Of a DNA stretch of 64,000 bases, positions 8,459 through 18,517 are shown piece by piece. Location of the stretch: positions 33-64,032 of the forward strand of contig JBAZJR010000005.1 of assembly GCA_041651195.1 (NCBI GenBank), in the 5' to 3' direction. Under the pieces are notes generated by a model, which saw only the letters and a program-made list of their open reading frames with translations, did no database searches and was not told where the DNA came from. The translations under genes were made by a program, and so were the position numbers. The stretch comes from Patescibacteria group bacterium (GTDB lineage Bacteria; Patescibacteriota; Patescibacteriia; Patescibacteriales; UBA12465). How positions within the stretch are numbered: the stretch's first letter is position 1; every line of letters begins with the position of its first letter.

Positions 8459-9889
8459 ATGTCTAATTTATCTGGAATAATAAAATCAATACAAAACATC
8501 ATGCGTAAAGACCATGGTGTAGATGGAGATGCCCAAAGACTTTCGCAGCTCGTTTGGATGCTTTTTCTTAAAATTTTTGATGAAACCGAGGAGGAAAAAG
8601 AAGTTCTAAATCCAAAATATAAGTCACCTATACCAGAGGAATTGCGCTGGAGAAATTGGGCAAAAAATGATGAGGGGATGACAGGTGAGGAATTACTAGA
8701 ATTTATTAATAATAAATTGTTTCCAGTATTTAAAAAGTTCGAGTACACAATACAAGATAATGAAGCTGGGTTTATAGTTAAATCTGTTTTTGAGGACAGT
8801 TTTAATTATATGAAAAGCGGGACGCTTATTCGTCAGGTAATTAATAAAATAAATGAAATAAACTTTAATCGTAAGGCTGATCGTGATCAATTCGGTACAA
8901 TTTATGAAGAACTTTTGTTAGGTCTTCAAAGTGCTGGAAATGCTGGAGAATTTTATACACCAAGAGCACTTACTGAATTTATTGTTGAAATGGTAAATCC
9001 AAAATTAGGTGAAAATGTTTTTGATCCAGCTTGTGGTACTGGTGGATTCTTAACTTCAGTTATTGAACATGTGCGAAAAAACGATGTGCATACAGCAGAA
9101 GATGAGGCTTTGATCAAAAAAACAATAAGAGGTAACGAATTAAAACAACTTCCGCATATGCTTTGTGTAACAAATATGATGCTTCACGGAATTGCAGCAC
9201 CCACTAATATTAAACATGGGGACTCACTAGCTCAACCGATTAAAGATATAGATCCAGAGCAAAGAGTGGACTGTATCGTTGCAAATCCTCCTTTTGGCGG
9301 AACTGTTGGAGACGGAATTTTGGCAAATTTTCCAAAAGTTTTTCAAACAAAGGCCACTGAAGATTTATTTCTTGTTTTATTTTTAAAATTACTTAAACCA
9401 AACGGCAGAGCTGGGATAGTTTTGCCTGACGGATCACTCACGGGTGATGGCGTAAAAGCCCGAGTTCGTGAAAAATTGTTAGAAGAATGTAATTTGCATA
9501 CAATAATCAGACTTCCAAATTCAGTTTTTGCTCCATATGCAACCGTTGCTACAAATTTATTATTTTTTACAAAAGGAGAGCCGACAAAAGAAATTTGGTA
9601 TTACGAGCACAGACTACCCGAAGGGCAAAAATCATATTCCAAGACAAAACCAATTGAGGTAAAAGAGTTTAAGCCGATTAAAAAATGGTGGACGAATCGC
9701 ACGGAAAGTGAAATTTCGTGGAAAGTTTTAATAGCTGATATTAAAGACAAGAATTGGGAGTTAGATATTAAAAATCCAACACAAAAAGAAGAAGAATATG
9801 AAAACACGACCGAGGAATTAATTCAAAAATTGGAAAATTCTTTTGATGAGAGTAAACAAATTTTAGAATCTTTAAAATTTGAATTATGA
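8459..9889 (+). CDS. hsdM: type I R-M N6-adenine DNA methyltransferase M subunit
   Basis: HsdM_N-like N-terminus, motif I FDPACGTGGFL, motif IV IVANPPFGG. Confidence 0.9.
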   Translation: MSNLSGIIKSIQNIMRKDHGVDGDAQRLSQLVWMLFLKIFDETEEEKEVLNPKYKSPIPEELRWRNWAKNDEGMTGEELLEFINNKLFPVFKKFEYTIQDNEAGFIVKSVFEDSFNYMKSGTLIRQVINKINEINFNRKADRDQFGTIYEELLLGLQSAGNAGEFYTPRALTEFIVEMVNPKLGENVFDPACGTGGFLTSVIEHVRKNDVHTAEDEALIKKTIRGNELKQLPHMLCVTNMMLHGIAAPTNIKHGDSLAQPIKDIDPEQRVDCIVANPPFGGTVGDGILANFPKVFQTKATEDLFLVLFLKLLKPNGRAGIVLPDGSLTGDGVKARVREKLLEECNLHTIIRLPNSVFAPYATVATNLLFFTKGEPTKEIWYYEHRLPEGQKSYSKTKPIEVKEFKPIKKWWTNRTESEISWKVLIADIKDKNWELDIKNPTQKEEEYENTTEELIQKLENSFDESKQILESLKFEL

Positions 9890-11187
9890 GTAAGTGGCAA
9901 AAAGTAAAAATTGGAGATTTTTTATTTGAAAGACAGGGGCGATACAAACCTAGTGATAAGGCAGTCTCAAATTTAAGAAGAATTGAAAAAATTGATTTTT
10001 CTGGGGATTTTTTTATTGGAAATAAGTCTTCGCTGACAGATATGATCTTGGTAAAAAAAGGAGATTTTGTGATTTCCGGAATTAATGTTGCAAAGGGTGC
10101 AATGGGTATTTATAGGGGAGACAACAACGTAACAGCGACCATTCATTATTCTTCATATACTTTTGATGAGAGAAAAATTGATATTGGTTATTTTGGACAC
10201 TTTTTGAGGAGTATTGAGTTTATTAGGTTGTTAAAAGAGAAGGTAAGGGGTGGAATAAAAACAGAAATCAAAGCAAAACATTTTTTATCTTTAGAAATAA
10301 ATTTACCTAATTTAGATACTCAGCGAGAAATTTCAAATAAATTAAATAGGGTTGAAGATAGATGTCAAGCTTTATTTAAAAATGACAATTTTCAACAATC
10401 CTGCCTTAATTTTCTCCGTAAACAAATTTTACAAGATGTAATTTCTGGAAAATTGACTGCCGATTGGAGAGCTAAAAATCTAGGCATTGAATCTGCTAGC
10501 AAACTTCTTGAAAAAATTAAATCGGAAAAGGAAAAGTTGATTGCAGAAAAGAGAATAAAAAAAGAAAAGACTTTGCCGAAAATTATTGATGACGAAGTAC
10601 CTTTTAAGTTGCCTGAAAAATGGGAGTGGTGCAGGTTGGGAGAAATTACAACCTATGGCACTGCTGAAAAAATTGAACCAAAAAATATTTTAGACGATGT
10701 ATGGGTTCTGGACTTAGAAGATATTGAAAAGGAATCCTCTCGATTTATTAATTTTGAAATATATAAAAATCGAAAATCTAATAGTACAAAGAGTGTTTTT
10801 AAAAAGGGAGATGTTCTTTATTCAAAATTAAGGCCATATTTAGATAAAGTTGTGGTGGCACCAAAAGATGGGGTGTGTACAACAGAAATTTTACCACTTC
10901 CAATGTTTGGAGGGATGGACTCTAGTTTTTTTATGTATGCAATGAAAAGAAAGGATTTTTTAAGATATGCAGACCAAAAAGTTAAGGGAATGAAAATGCC
11001 AAGACTCGGAACAGAGGATGGTAAAAGAGCTTTATTTCCGCTACCTCCGATTGCCGAACAAAAAGCAATTGTCATTAAAATAGAAAAACTTATGAAACAA
11101 ATATCTAAACTAGAAGAAAAAATAAAACAAAATAAACAAGATGCAGAAATGCTAATGCAAAGTTTTTTAGTGGAGGCTTTTAAATAG
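9886..11187 (+). CDS. hsdS: type I R-M specificity subunit
   Basis: ATGA overlap with hsdM. Two target-recognition halves are separated by and followed by conserved helical spacers (..LDTQREISNKLNRVEDRCQ.. and ..IAEQKAIVIKIEKLMKQISKLEEKI..). Confidence 0.85.
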   Translation: MSKWQKVKIGDFLFERQGRYKPSDKAVSNLRRIEKIDFSGDFFIGNKSSLTDMILVKKGDFVISGINVAKGAMGIYRGDNNVTATIHYSSYTFDERKIDIGYFGHFLRSIEFIRLLKEKVRGGIKTEIKAKHFLSLEINLPNLDTQREISNKLNRVEDRCQALFKNDNFQQSCLNFLRKQILQDVISGKLTADWRAKNLGIESASKLLEKIKSEKEKLIAEKRIKKEKTLPKIIDDEVPFKLPEKWEWCRLGEITTYGTAEKIEPKNILDDVWVLDLEDIEKESSRFINFEIYKNRKSNSTKSVFKKGDVLYSKLRPYLDKVVVAPKDGVCTTEILPLPMFGGMDSSFFMYAMKRKDFLRYADQKVKGMKMPRLGTEDGKRALFPLPPIAEQKAIVIKIEKLMKQISKLEEKIKQNKQDAEMLMQSFLVEAFK

Positions 11188-11222
11188 AGACCAAGAGCTT
11201 TAAGTATTAAATTTAAATAATT

Positions 11223-12140
11223 ATGCCACTTTTTAAAAAAAATAGCTCAACACTATCTATCATCAAGGAAAAAAGCATTGATTTGGAAAGAGATATTCAA
11301 AAATTAACGGAGGCAAATTTAAATTGTGTCTTTAGTTTAGAATTTGTAAGCACAGAGTTTGCACTACATAGCTTTAGAATTGATACATTGGCTTTTGATA
11401 AGGAAAATAATTCTTTTATAATTATTGAATATAAAAGAGATCGTAGCTTTAGTGTTATTGACCAGGGCTATGCCTATTTAGCTTTAATGTTGAATAACAA
11501 GTCAGATTTTATTTTAGAGTACAATGAAAGGACGAAAAATAATTTAAAAAGAGATGACGTTGATTGGTCTCAGTCTAAGGTTATTTTTATTGCTAATTCA
11601 TTCACCTCTTACCAAATGAATGCTATTAATTTTAAAGATTTACCGATTGAACTCTGGGAAGTGAAAATGTATGAGGATGATGTTATTTTATATAATCAAC
11701 TTTTATCCCAAGACTCTAAGGAATCAATTAAAACAATCACAAAGAATAAAACTATTGATAAGGTTAGTAGCGAAGTAAAAGTTTATACTATTGATGATCA
11801 CTTAAATATACCCCAAGATATCAAAGATTTATTTTTTGCTCTAAGAGAAAAAATTCTTTCAATTAATGATTCAATAGAAGAGAGGCCTAAGCAAAATTAT
11901 GTCGCCTATCGTTTAAAAAACGCATTTGCTTATGTTCATAATCAGCAGTCAAAAATCAAAATTCATCTTGAGATAAGAAAAAAAGATTTGGACGATCCAA
12001 AAAATATGGCTAGAAACGTAGAAGGAATTGGTCATCATGGTGGAGGGGAAACCGAAGTTATTTTAACTAAGCCTGAAGATTTGAATTACGTTTTTGGTTT
12101 AGTTGAGCAATCTTATCAAAAATTGATCAAGAAGTCCTAA
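11223..12140 (+). CDS. PD-(D/E)XK nuclease-fold N-terminus with DUF5655-like C-terminus (COG3586-like), function unknown
   Basis: FRIDTLAFD..NSFIIIEYKRD gives a D..(E)xK arrangement. The C-terminal ..KQNYVAYRLKNAFAYVHNQQSKIKIHLEI.. resembles the DUF5655 pattern from memory. The family assignment is unverified. Confidence 0.4.
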   Translation: MPLFKKNSSTLSIIKEKSIDLERDIQKLTEANLNCVFSLEFVSTEFALHSFRIDTLAFDKENNSFIIIEYKRDRSFSVIDQGYAYLALMLNNKSDFILEYNERTKNNLKRDDVDWSQSKVIFIANSFTSYQMNAINFKDLPIELWEVKMYEDDVILYNQLLSQDSKESIKTITKNKTIDKVSSEVKVYTIDDHLNIPQDIKDLFFALREKILSINDSIEERPKQNYVAYRLKNAFAYVHNQQSKIKIHLEIRKKDLDDPKNMARNVEGIGHHGGGETEVILTKPEDLNYVFGLVEQSYQKLIKKS

Positions 12141-13420
12141 GATATTTCTACAATTTTATTTTTCAATAAAATATTTCCATTTAAACAAGTTAGCAACTCT
12201 CGCTTCTCCTGATCATCACCTTCTTGCAATAAAAATTTAATGTAATTCTTAACATCGACGTCACTCACGTCGATGTTGTCGTTTTTGCCAGTCGTCATCA
12301 TTTGAAATTTCTTAAATCTTTTTATTTCTCCTTCAATTTTATCTTGAACAGGTAACTTTTTAAAATCCAATTTTTCAACTTGTTTCTGTAATTGTTTTAT
12401 TAAATCTTCCTCGCTGATATAGCCTGATTTACAATTTTTATCTTTCGCCTTAGTGCAACCATAATAAATATGACGGTTATAGCCGTCATTTTTTAGTTTC
12501 TTAAATTTTTCCGTTGCCGAGATTCCAGAACCACACAATCCGCAAGTCATAACTTTTGTAAAAGCGAACTCTATATTTTCTCGCCTTACTAATTGCGAAT
12601 TTTTCATTTGATCTTGAACTAGATCAAACACTTCTTTTGTAATTATCGGCTCGTGCTTTCCTTGATACCAATTGCCACTGCCTCGTGGGTATTCAAATGG
12701 TCCGTAATAGAAGGTATTTTCAAGAAGACGATAAATATTACCTAAACTTAAATGCTTTTTGCCGAGGGCTGTTCTAAAATTTAAATCAAATCTTAACCAG
12801 TTGTATATTTTTCGACCTGACCATTTTTCATAAGCCACTTTTTCAAACATTTGTCGTATAACGTGACCCCTATCTGGATCTACTAAACATTGTCCTTTAT
12901 GATCAACTCGCTTTTCTTTAAAGTAACCAGTCGGCGGACAAGTCGGCCATAAGCCCATCTCACATCTTGCTCTCAAACCTCTTTTTACATTTATTCCTCG
13001 ATTATCATTTTCTAATTTTGCTTGAGAACATAAAATCATGAGCAGAAATTTTTCGTTTGGCGAATTGCTAAATGTTTGGCCAAAGGTACGAATGCTCATT
13101 AATTTTTTTTCATCCATTAAATCAACCAGCGATCCTAAATCGCCAGCGTTTCTTGAGAGTCTATCGGGTGCCCAGGTAATAATAGAGTTAAATTTTTCTT
13201 CGGTTATATCTTTGATTAACTCTTTAAATATGGGTCGATTACCTGAGTCTTTAGCTGACTTTGATTCTCGTCTAATATCAACAATTTCTAAGTTTTCCCG
13301 TTCAGCTATTTGAAGCATTTCCTTAACCTGAGAATCAATGGAGAGGGCCTGTCGCTCGTCTGATTCAGTGCTTTTTCTAGCATACAGGCAGTATTTTAAT
13401 GGAATGTCTAATGGAGGCAT
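12137..13420 (-). CDS. large serine recombinase (resolvase domain + recombinase domain + zinc ribbon)
   Basis: CLYARKSTESDERQALSIDSQ (catalytic Ser region), WAPDRLSRN, zinc-ribbon CGLCGSG..YYGCTKAKDKNCKSGY, C-terminal coiled-coil-like tail. Confidence 0.85.
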   Translation of the reverse strand: MPPLDIPLKYCLYARKSTESDERQALSIDSQVKEMLQIAERENLEIVDIRRESKSAKDSGNRPIFKELIKDITEEKFNSIITWAPDRLSRNAGDLGSLVDLMDEKKLMSIRTFGQTFSNSPNEKFLLMILCSQAKLENDNRGINVKRGLRARCEMGLWPTCPPTGYFKEKRVDHKGQCLVDPDRGHVIRQMFEKVAYEKWSGRKIYNWLRFDLNFRTALGKKHLSLGNIYRLLENTFYYGPFEYPRGSGNWYQGKHEPIITKEVFDLVQDQMKNSQLVRRENIEFAFTKVMTCGLCGSGISATEKFKKLKNDGYNRHIYYGCTKAKDKNCKSGYISEEDLIKQLQKQVEKLDFKKLPVQDKIEGEIKRFKKFQMMTTGKNDNIDVSDVDVKNYIKFLLQEGDDQEKRELLTCLNGNILLKNKIVEIS

Positions 13421-13543
13421 ATGATTATAGTTAATTTTTAGTTAAATCTATGCCTCCATTAATGACACACTTTTAAGCTTTTGCTAAGCAGCTAGCTGTT
13501 GGCAACTTGTCGATAACTTTTCCTTTAATATTAAAAAAAATAG

Positions 13544-15010
13544 CTATATGAAAAAGATTCTCGGTGGTCTAGGTGGTCTTTCTATCATACTACTTACCGC
13601 ATTAACAAAAGCATCTGCTAAATCATCATGCTTTTCAACGCCAAAATGAACTATTTGCTGGATTAATTCTTCCGCACCCTCTTTTGGAAATAGCACTCGG
13701 CCAGTCTTAATCACATTAGCAGTTAAGACTAAGCGGCTTCTTTTATCTTGTCCTCCGGGCTTAGTAGTCATGACATCATAAACACCCTCAACTTGTAACT
13801 GTTGTGGTAGGGCTTTTTGATAAGCCACATCTTCGATTACGAATTTGGTATGATAATAATCTTTTTTATAACTTTTAAACATAATCTTACAAATTTCAAT
13901 AGTTTCTGGAAAGGTTAAACGTCTATTTATTATTTTTGGTAGTATGTACATCATATACCCATCTTCTACTTCAAATATTAGTCCAGGAACAATAGCGGTA
14001 TAATCAGCTATATCGCTTTGTGAGATGGCTGGATCAACGCCAATTCTAACTTCTGTAAAAGCAGTGTATCCGCAAGATAATTTTTTAGGAACTGGAATCT
14101 CATCATAGTAGTTAATCCATTCGGGATAAATAGCTTGATCTTCACTTGGTACAATATTAAGTAGGTATTCTTGCTGCCAAGTAATTTCATTGCCGACTTT
14201 TTTCCTTTCTATCTCTACATCTTTTTCGGTGGGATATTTACCAGGCCACAAACAAATGCCTTTCTTGTTGATTAAAGGATAGTATAAAAAGTGGCCATCG
14301 ATAATATCTTTTTCTCTTTCTTCTCTTAATCGCATAAGTAGAGAATCTTCATGCAAAAGATTACCGACTATAACCAACCTCGTGTCCTTGTCACCAGCAG
14401 GGATTACTTCGCCCTTAAGCCATTGATAGGTTTTATTGCGCCCATCCCTAGTTTTGGTCGAGCTGATATCCTCCACATCATCACAGATAATTAAATCTGG
14501 TCGGCTTTCGTAATGTCTAATACCTCTAATACTTTGATCGACTGAAGCGACTGTTATTCTGGCATTAGTATTAGAAAAGACGATTGACTGTGCACCCCAT
14601 TCATCGCTATTTTCTCGAAAGGGACCAAGGTCTTTTTTAAGCAGGTCGTTATCTTCCAATTCTCGGCGTAAATTCATCATGTGCTGTTTAGCCTGTGCCT
14701 GAGTTTGGCAGAAAATAACAACAAACTTTTTCTGTTGTTTGCCGAGTATCGCCCAAATTGGATAAGCGGCAGTTACAATTGTTGATTTGCCTGATCCTCT
14801 AAAAGCAACTACAAATAAATTTTCTTTGTGGCTGGATTCAATTAAGGAGATTATATTTTTTTGAAAATCTGCCGTTTCATATTTAACATAATGGGCATAA
14901 TAGAAATGAAAGAAATAAGAAAAGCTTTCTCTAGTTATCGCTGTTCTTATCTTCTTGTCTTGGGTCATTTGTTCCACCATCTCTTGTGGAATCATCTTGT
15001 TTACTATCAT
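13544..15010 (-). CDS. phage terminase large subunit
   Basis: Walker A-like AFRGSGKST, Walker B LIICDDVED, and RNaseH-like nuclease acidic motifs IGVDPA..DYTAIV, VIEDVAYQ, HDDLADAF. The start is uncertain because the ORF overlaps the upstream gene. Confidence 0.75.
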   Translation of the reverse strand: MIVNKMIPQEMVEQMTQDKKIRTAITRESFSYFFHFYYAHYVKYETADFQKNIISLIESSHKENLFVVAFRGSGKSTIVTAAYPIWAILGKQQKKFVVIFCQTQAQAKQHMMNLRRELEDNDLLKKDLGPFRENSDEWGAQSIVFSNTNARITVASVDQSIRGIRHYESRPDLIICDDVEDISSTKTRDGRNKTYQWLKGEVIPAGDKDTRLVIVGNLLHEDSLLMRLREEREKDIIDGHFLYYPLINKKGICLWPGKYPTEKDVEIERKKVGNEITWQQEYLLNIVPSEDQAIYPEWINYYDEIPVPKKLSCGYTAFTEVRIGVDPAISQSDIADYTAIVPGLIFEVEDGYMMYILPKIINRRLTFPETIEICKIMFKSYKKDYYHTKFVIEDVAYQKALPQQLQVEGVYDVMTTKPGGQDKRSRLVLTANVIKTGRVLFPKEGAEELIQQIVHFGVEKHDDLADAFVNAVSSMIERPPRPPRIFFI

Positions 15011-15425
15011 ATGTGTTTGTATTATTAATTATTAATGGCTCATCAGCTGGCAATAGTTTTGCCAGTTTCAAAGCGTGTTTAACCACTTCTGCTTGAGCAG
15101 GAGTTAGTTCGTCGGTATCTTCTACTTTTGAAGTTACCTCAATCTTATCTTTAAACCTTGGATTGCGATGTCTAAGCCAGAAGCTGATAGCTGACCAATT
15201 CTTTTCCTTGATCATTGTTAGTAGCTGGCTTTCGCTCATATCGTTCACTAAGGCTTCACCTTCCGCTAAAGCCTCGTCCATCACTTCGGAAAACTTTTTG
15301 TCTTCTCGTTTCCAGCGATAAACACTATTGCGAGATATGCCCGACTTTTCGCAGGCGACTAAAACGATAGGGACTTTTTTAAGCTCGGCAAAGAAAGCTT
15401 CTTGTAATCGGCTTTTCTTAGACAT
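14931..15425 (-). CDS. HTH protein, putative terminase small subunit
   Basis: N-terminal HTH ..VACEKSGISRNSVYRWKREDKKF.. It lies directly upstream of and overlaps TerL, the usual TerS position. This is a functional guess from position and HTH only. Confidence 0.45.
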   Translation of the reverse strand: MSKKSRLQEAFFAELKKVPIVLVACEKSGISRNSVYRWKREDKKFSEVMDEALAEGEALVNDMSESQLLTMIKEKNWSAISFWLRHRNPRFKDKIEVTSKVEDTDELTPAQAEVVKHALKLAKLLPADEPLIINNTNTYDSKQDDSTRDGGTNDPRQEDKNSDN

Positions 15426-16698
15426 GCTCCACCACCTCCTTTCTGCCTGTTAATTTCCGATATCTTGCTATCGCCAGATCACAGAAAACTGGCTCAAGTT
15501 CCATCGTATACACTTTTCTCTTTAATTGTTCGCCCGCTATAATCGTGCTGGCTGATCCTGAGAAAGAATCGAGGATAATGTCACCTGGCTTGGTACAGCG
15601 TCTTATAGCTTTCTCATAGAGCTTTGGGGGCTTACTGGTGGCATGTTCGTAGTCTTTACCTGAAATACGCTTGGTAAGCCAAATATCTAAAGAATCATAA
15701 ACATCTTCAAACATCTCATTGCCAGTACCCAATTCTTTATTTAGAACCTCGTTGTAGTTTTTAATGTCAGGATTGATATATGGTTTGCCCTTAACACCAT
15801 AGACGGCTGGTTCATAACACTTATTAAATGCGATTTTCGGAGTAGGGTTTTGTGAATTTTTAAGCCACAAGCAAACTCTTTTATTAACTATTCCCAGCTC
15901 TCTATATAGTTCTTGAAAAAGACCGATATATGTCTGATCGCACCAGTAGAAGATATGAGTATCAGGTTTAGTATTTGGTAGAGCGGCTAATAAGGAGTTT
16001 TTGATAAACTGCTTATATTCCTCATAACTTCTGTTGTCGTTTACAGCGCCACCGTAATCATTTTTTCCGCCGATGCCTTTAGAGTAATCCAATTTTATAT
16101 TGTAGACTGGGTCGGAAAATATCATTGCGGCCTTGTCATGACCAAATAATCTTTTAAGATTATCGGGATTAGTAGAATCACCACAGAGTAAGCGATGTTC
16201 TCCTAAATGTATTAAGTCACCTAGTTTTGTCTTCGGCTTTTTAATCTTTTTTAGCTCTACCTCAACATCAAAATCTTCTTCCTGAACTTCTAACTCTTTA
16301 TCCCAGAAATGAGATAAATCTACTTGGTCAAAACCGATATCGACCAATAGGTCTAAATCAAAAGATTTCAGCTTTTCGAAATCCCAGTCACCACCAAGGG
16401 CGTTACTGGCAATTAAATATCTCTTAGCTTCATCTTCGGTTAACTTACGATTAGGAATTCTAACGTCAATTAATTCTTCTCCTCGACCAAGGATTTGAAG
16501 GGCCTTAATTCTCATGTGCCCAGCCAAAATTTTACCGTTTAAGTCGATAGCTGGAATTTCAACCAAATTAAACTTAGACAAACTTTTTTTAAGATCTGAC
16601 ATTTGTTTGTCACTGATCTTTCTAGGGTTAACTTCTTGGGGAACAAGATCGTTAACTCTTTTTTGCACTGTGTGCCATTGAAGCTTTTCTGTTTTCAT
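15418..16698 (-). CDS. ParB-like nuclease domain fused to DNA methyltransferase (beta-class N6A/N4C type)
   Basis: ParB-N motif ILAGHMRIKALQILG. Methylase motif IV-like IFSDPVYN precedes motif I ILDSFSGSASTIIA, which is the beta-class order. This fusion is common next to terminase genes in phages. Confidence 0.8.
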   Translation of the reverse strand: MKTEKLQWHTVQKRVNDLVPQEVNPRKISDKQMSDLKKSLSKFNLVEIPAIDLNGKILAGHMRIKALQILGRGEELIDVRIPNRKLTEDEAKRYLIASNALGGDWDFEKLKSFDLDLLVDIGFDQVDLSHFWDKELEVQEEDFDVEVELKKIKKPKTKLGDLIHLGEHRLLCGDSTNPDNLKRLFGHDKAAMIFSDPVYNIKLDYSKGIGGKNDYGGAVNDNRSYEEYKQFIKNSLLAALPNTKPDTHIFYWCDQTYIGLFQELYRELGIVNKRVCLWLKNSQNPTPKIAFNKCYEPAVYGVKGKPYINPDIKNYNEVLNKELGTGNEMFEDVYDSLDIWLTKRISGKDYEHATSKPPKLYEKAIRRCTKPGDIILDSFSGSASTIIAGEQLKRKVYTMELEPVFCDLAIARYRKLTGRKEVVEHV

Positions 16699-16821
16699 AG
16701 TTGTTAAAATTAATTATTAGTTGTTTCTGGTTATGATTTTAACCAGTTACACCTCGATTTTAACAACAAAAAAACAGAACAACCTTTGTGTCCTGTTAAT
16801 TCATGCTATTTCTATCTATTT

Positions 16822-17490
16822 CTACTTTTTTGACGGGAAATCAGATGGATAAATATCATCAATCCCAGCCTTTTTCATATCTTCCATAGTTATTTGGTTT
16901 CTAAATTCTACTGCCTTGATTGATATATTTGGGAAAAATAATTTTTTAATATTTCCTTTAAAACCTAAATCATTAATAATCTGGTCAAATTTTTTTGTCA
17001 TCTTGCTATTTTTAAACTTAACGAATTCTTGGTTAGTTAATTTTTTGCCAGGGTTATTTGTTATATATGTTGCAAAGTAATCATTTTCGCTTTCAAAGTG
17101 AGGTTTGGCAATAATTATTTCATTAATTTTCAATTTATGATTATCGTAAGTTATTTTCAAAATAGCCGTTTTTTCTTTTTCTTCTAAATAGCTACTTAAA
17201 TTTTGGTCACTTACATGTTTCATAAAACCATCAAGTATTCTAATTTCTATCATGTAGTCAAAACGACGCAATGCTTTGTACATCATGGCATCCATATCAT
17301 TTCTAACGGCTCGGTTATCAATAACTTCTATCAGCTTATTTTTCTCAAGAGTAAGTATTGTGGTGTTTATTTCAGCATCAGATAAACCAGAAAATTCAGA
17401 TCTTTGTATAAAAAGATGCTCATTATCAGTTATCTGATAAAATTTTAAAATCGTTAGAATTATTTGTCGTTTTATCTCTTCGCCAGTCAT
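16822..17490 (-). CDS. hypothetical protein, possible N-terminal winged-helix
   Basis: 222-aa ORF with protein-like composition, divergent from the nuclease/helicase pair. The N-terminal ..ILTILKFY..TTILTLEKNKLIEV.. is wHTH-like by eye only. Confidence 0.45.
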   Translation of the reverse strand: MTGEEIKRQIILTILKFYQITDNEHLFIQRSEFSGLSDAEINTTILTLEKNKLIEVIDNRAVRNDMDAMMYKALRRFDYMIEIRILDGFMKHVSDQNLSSYLEEKEKTAILKITYDNHKLKINEIIIAKPHFESENDYFATYITNNPGKKLTNQEFVKFKNSKMTKKFDQIINDLGFKGNIKKLFFPNISIKAVEFRNQITMEDMKKAGIDDIYPSDFPSKK

Positions 17491-17566
17491 ATATCAATTT
17501 TATGAATATTATGCTAATATTATACTGTATTTATTAATTTTTTTCTATAATTTACAAGTTTTAAGT

Positions 17567-18499
17567 ATGTTAGCTAAAAAAGAGTCATTTGTTAATAAGA
17601 AGCAAACAACAAAACAAAAGGGTGACTTACTTGAAGAAATCGTAGAGCAATTATGCTCTAATTTTAAAGACTCCAAAGTTAGTCGAAATGTAAAAATAAA
17701 AGGAATTTCCGGAGTTGAACGTCAAATAGATGTTTTGATACAAGCGAATCAAAATTCTTTTGATATTAGGATTATAATTGAGGCAAAAAATTATTCAGAT
17801 AAAGTTGGCATTGAAAAGATTGAAGCTTTAAAAACAAAATTATCTGATGTCGGTGGTAATCTAGGAGTTATGGTTTGCCCGTTGGGTTTTACTGATGGGG
17901 CAATCAAGTCAGCAGAGCTTCATAATATTCAATTGTTTCAAATTTTTGATCATAAACTTGGTAACACAACCCAGTTTATCCCATTGCGTTATGTTGTGCC
18001 TGTAATTAGAAAATATTCATTCTCGATAGAAGGAAAATCTAGCGGAGGTGGAAATTTTGAACTTCCAGCAGATATAGACAAATGGATAATTAATTTTAAA
18101 AATAAAATTTATAATAAAGAAGAACTGTTAATTTATGCTTGGAACAACGATATGATACCACAAAGAGAGGGCAACCAGGTGGCTGATTTTGGTGTTGTAA
18201 AAATTTCTTCGGAAGATAGTATTGATAAGTTTTATTACCTAGAATTGAAGATTAATATCAAGGTTGAGGCAGAATATTATCTAAAACTTTTTCCAGATTC
18301 TTTTATGAAAAATGTAAAATCTGGAGCAGGAAATCATCAACTTTTTATTGATGCTTATTCAAAAAAGGAAGATATGATTAAAAATGGATGGAAATTTTTC
18401 GAGACTAGCGATGAAATGGAAAAGGAGGCTTTAATACTCGACACATCCAAAGATGTAAAGTATTTAAAAATTACGGCGGAGTATAGCATGAATGTTTAA
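17567..18499 (+). CDS. Mrr-like restriction endonuclease domain protein with unknown C-terminal domain
   Basis: GDLLEEIVEQL..ERQIDVLIQ..IRIIIEAKNYSDKVGIEKIEALKTKL..GVMVCPLGFTDGA follows the Mrr_cat PD-(D/E)XK pattern. I did not recognise the C-terminal ~170 aa. Confidence 0.65.
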   Translation: MLAKKESFVNKKQTTKQKGDLLEEIVEQLCSNFKDSKVSRNVKIKGISGVERQIDVLIQANQNSFDIRIIIEAKNYSDKVGIEKIEALKTKLSDVGGNLGVMVCPLGFTDGAIKSAELHNIQLFQIFDHKLGNTTQFIPLRYVVPVIRKYSFSIEGKSSGGGNFELPADIDKWIINFKNKIYNKEELLIYAWNNDMIPQREGNQVADFGVVKISSEDSIDKFYYLELKINIKVEAEYYLKLFPDSFMKNVKSGAGNHQLFIDAYSKKEDMIKNGWKFFETSDEMEKEALILDTSKDVKYLKITAEYSMNV

Positions 18500-18517
18500 T
18501 AAAAAATATTTTTAATT

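Noticed and set aside
9886-13420. Phase-variable hsdS shufflon driven by the adjacent recombinase
   Set aside because: There is only one hsdS gene. I saw no silent partial hsdS copies or inverted repeats within it. The recombinase is a large serine (phage-integrase-type) enzyme in convergent orientation.
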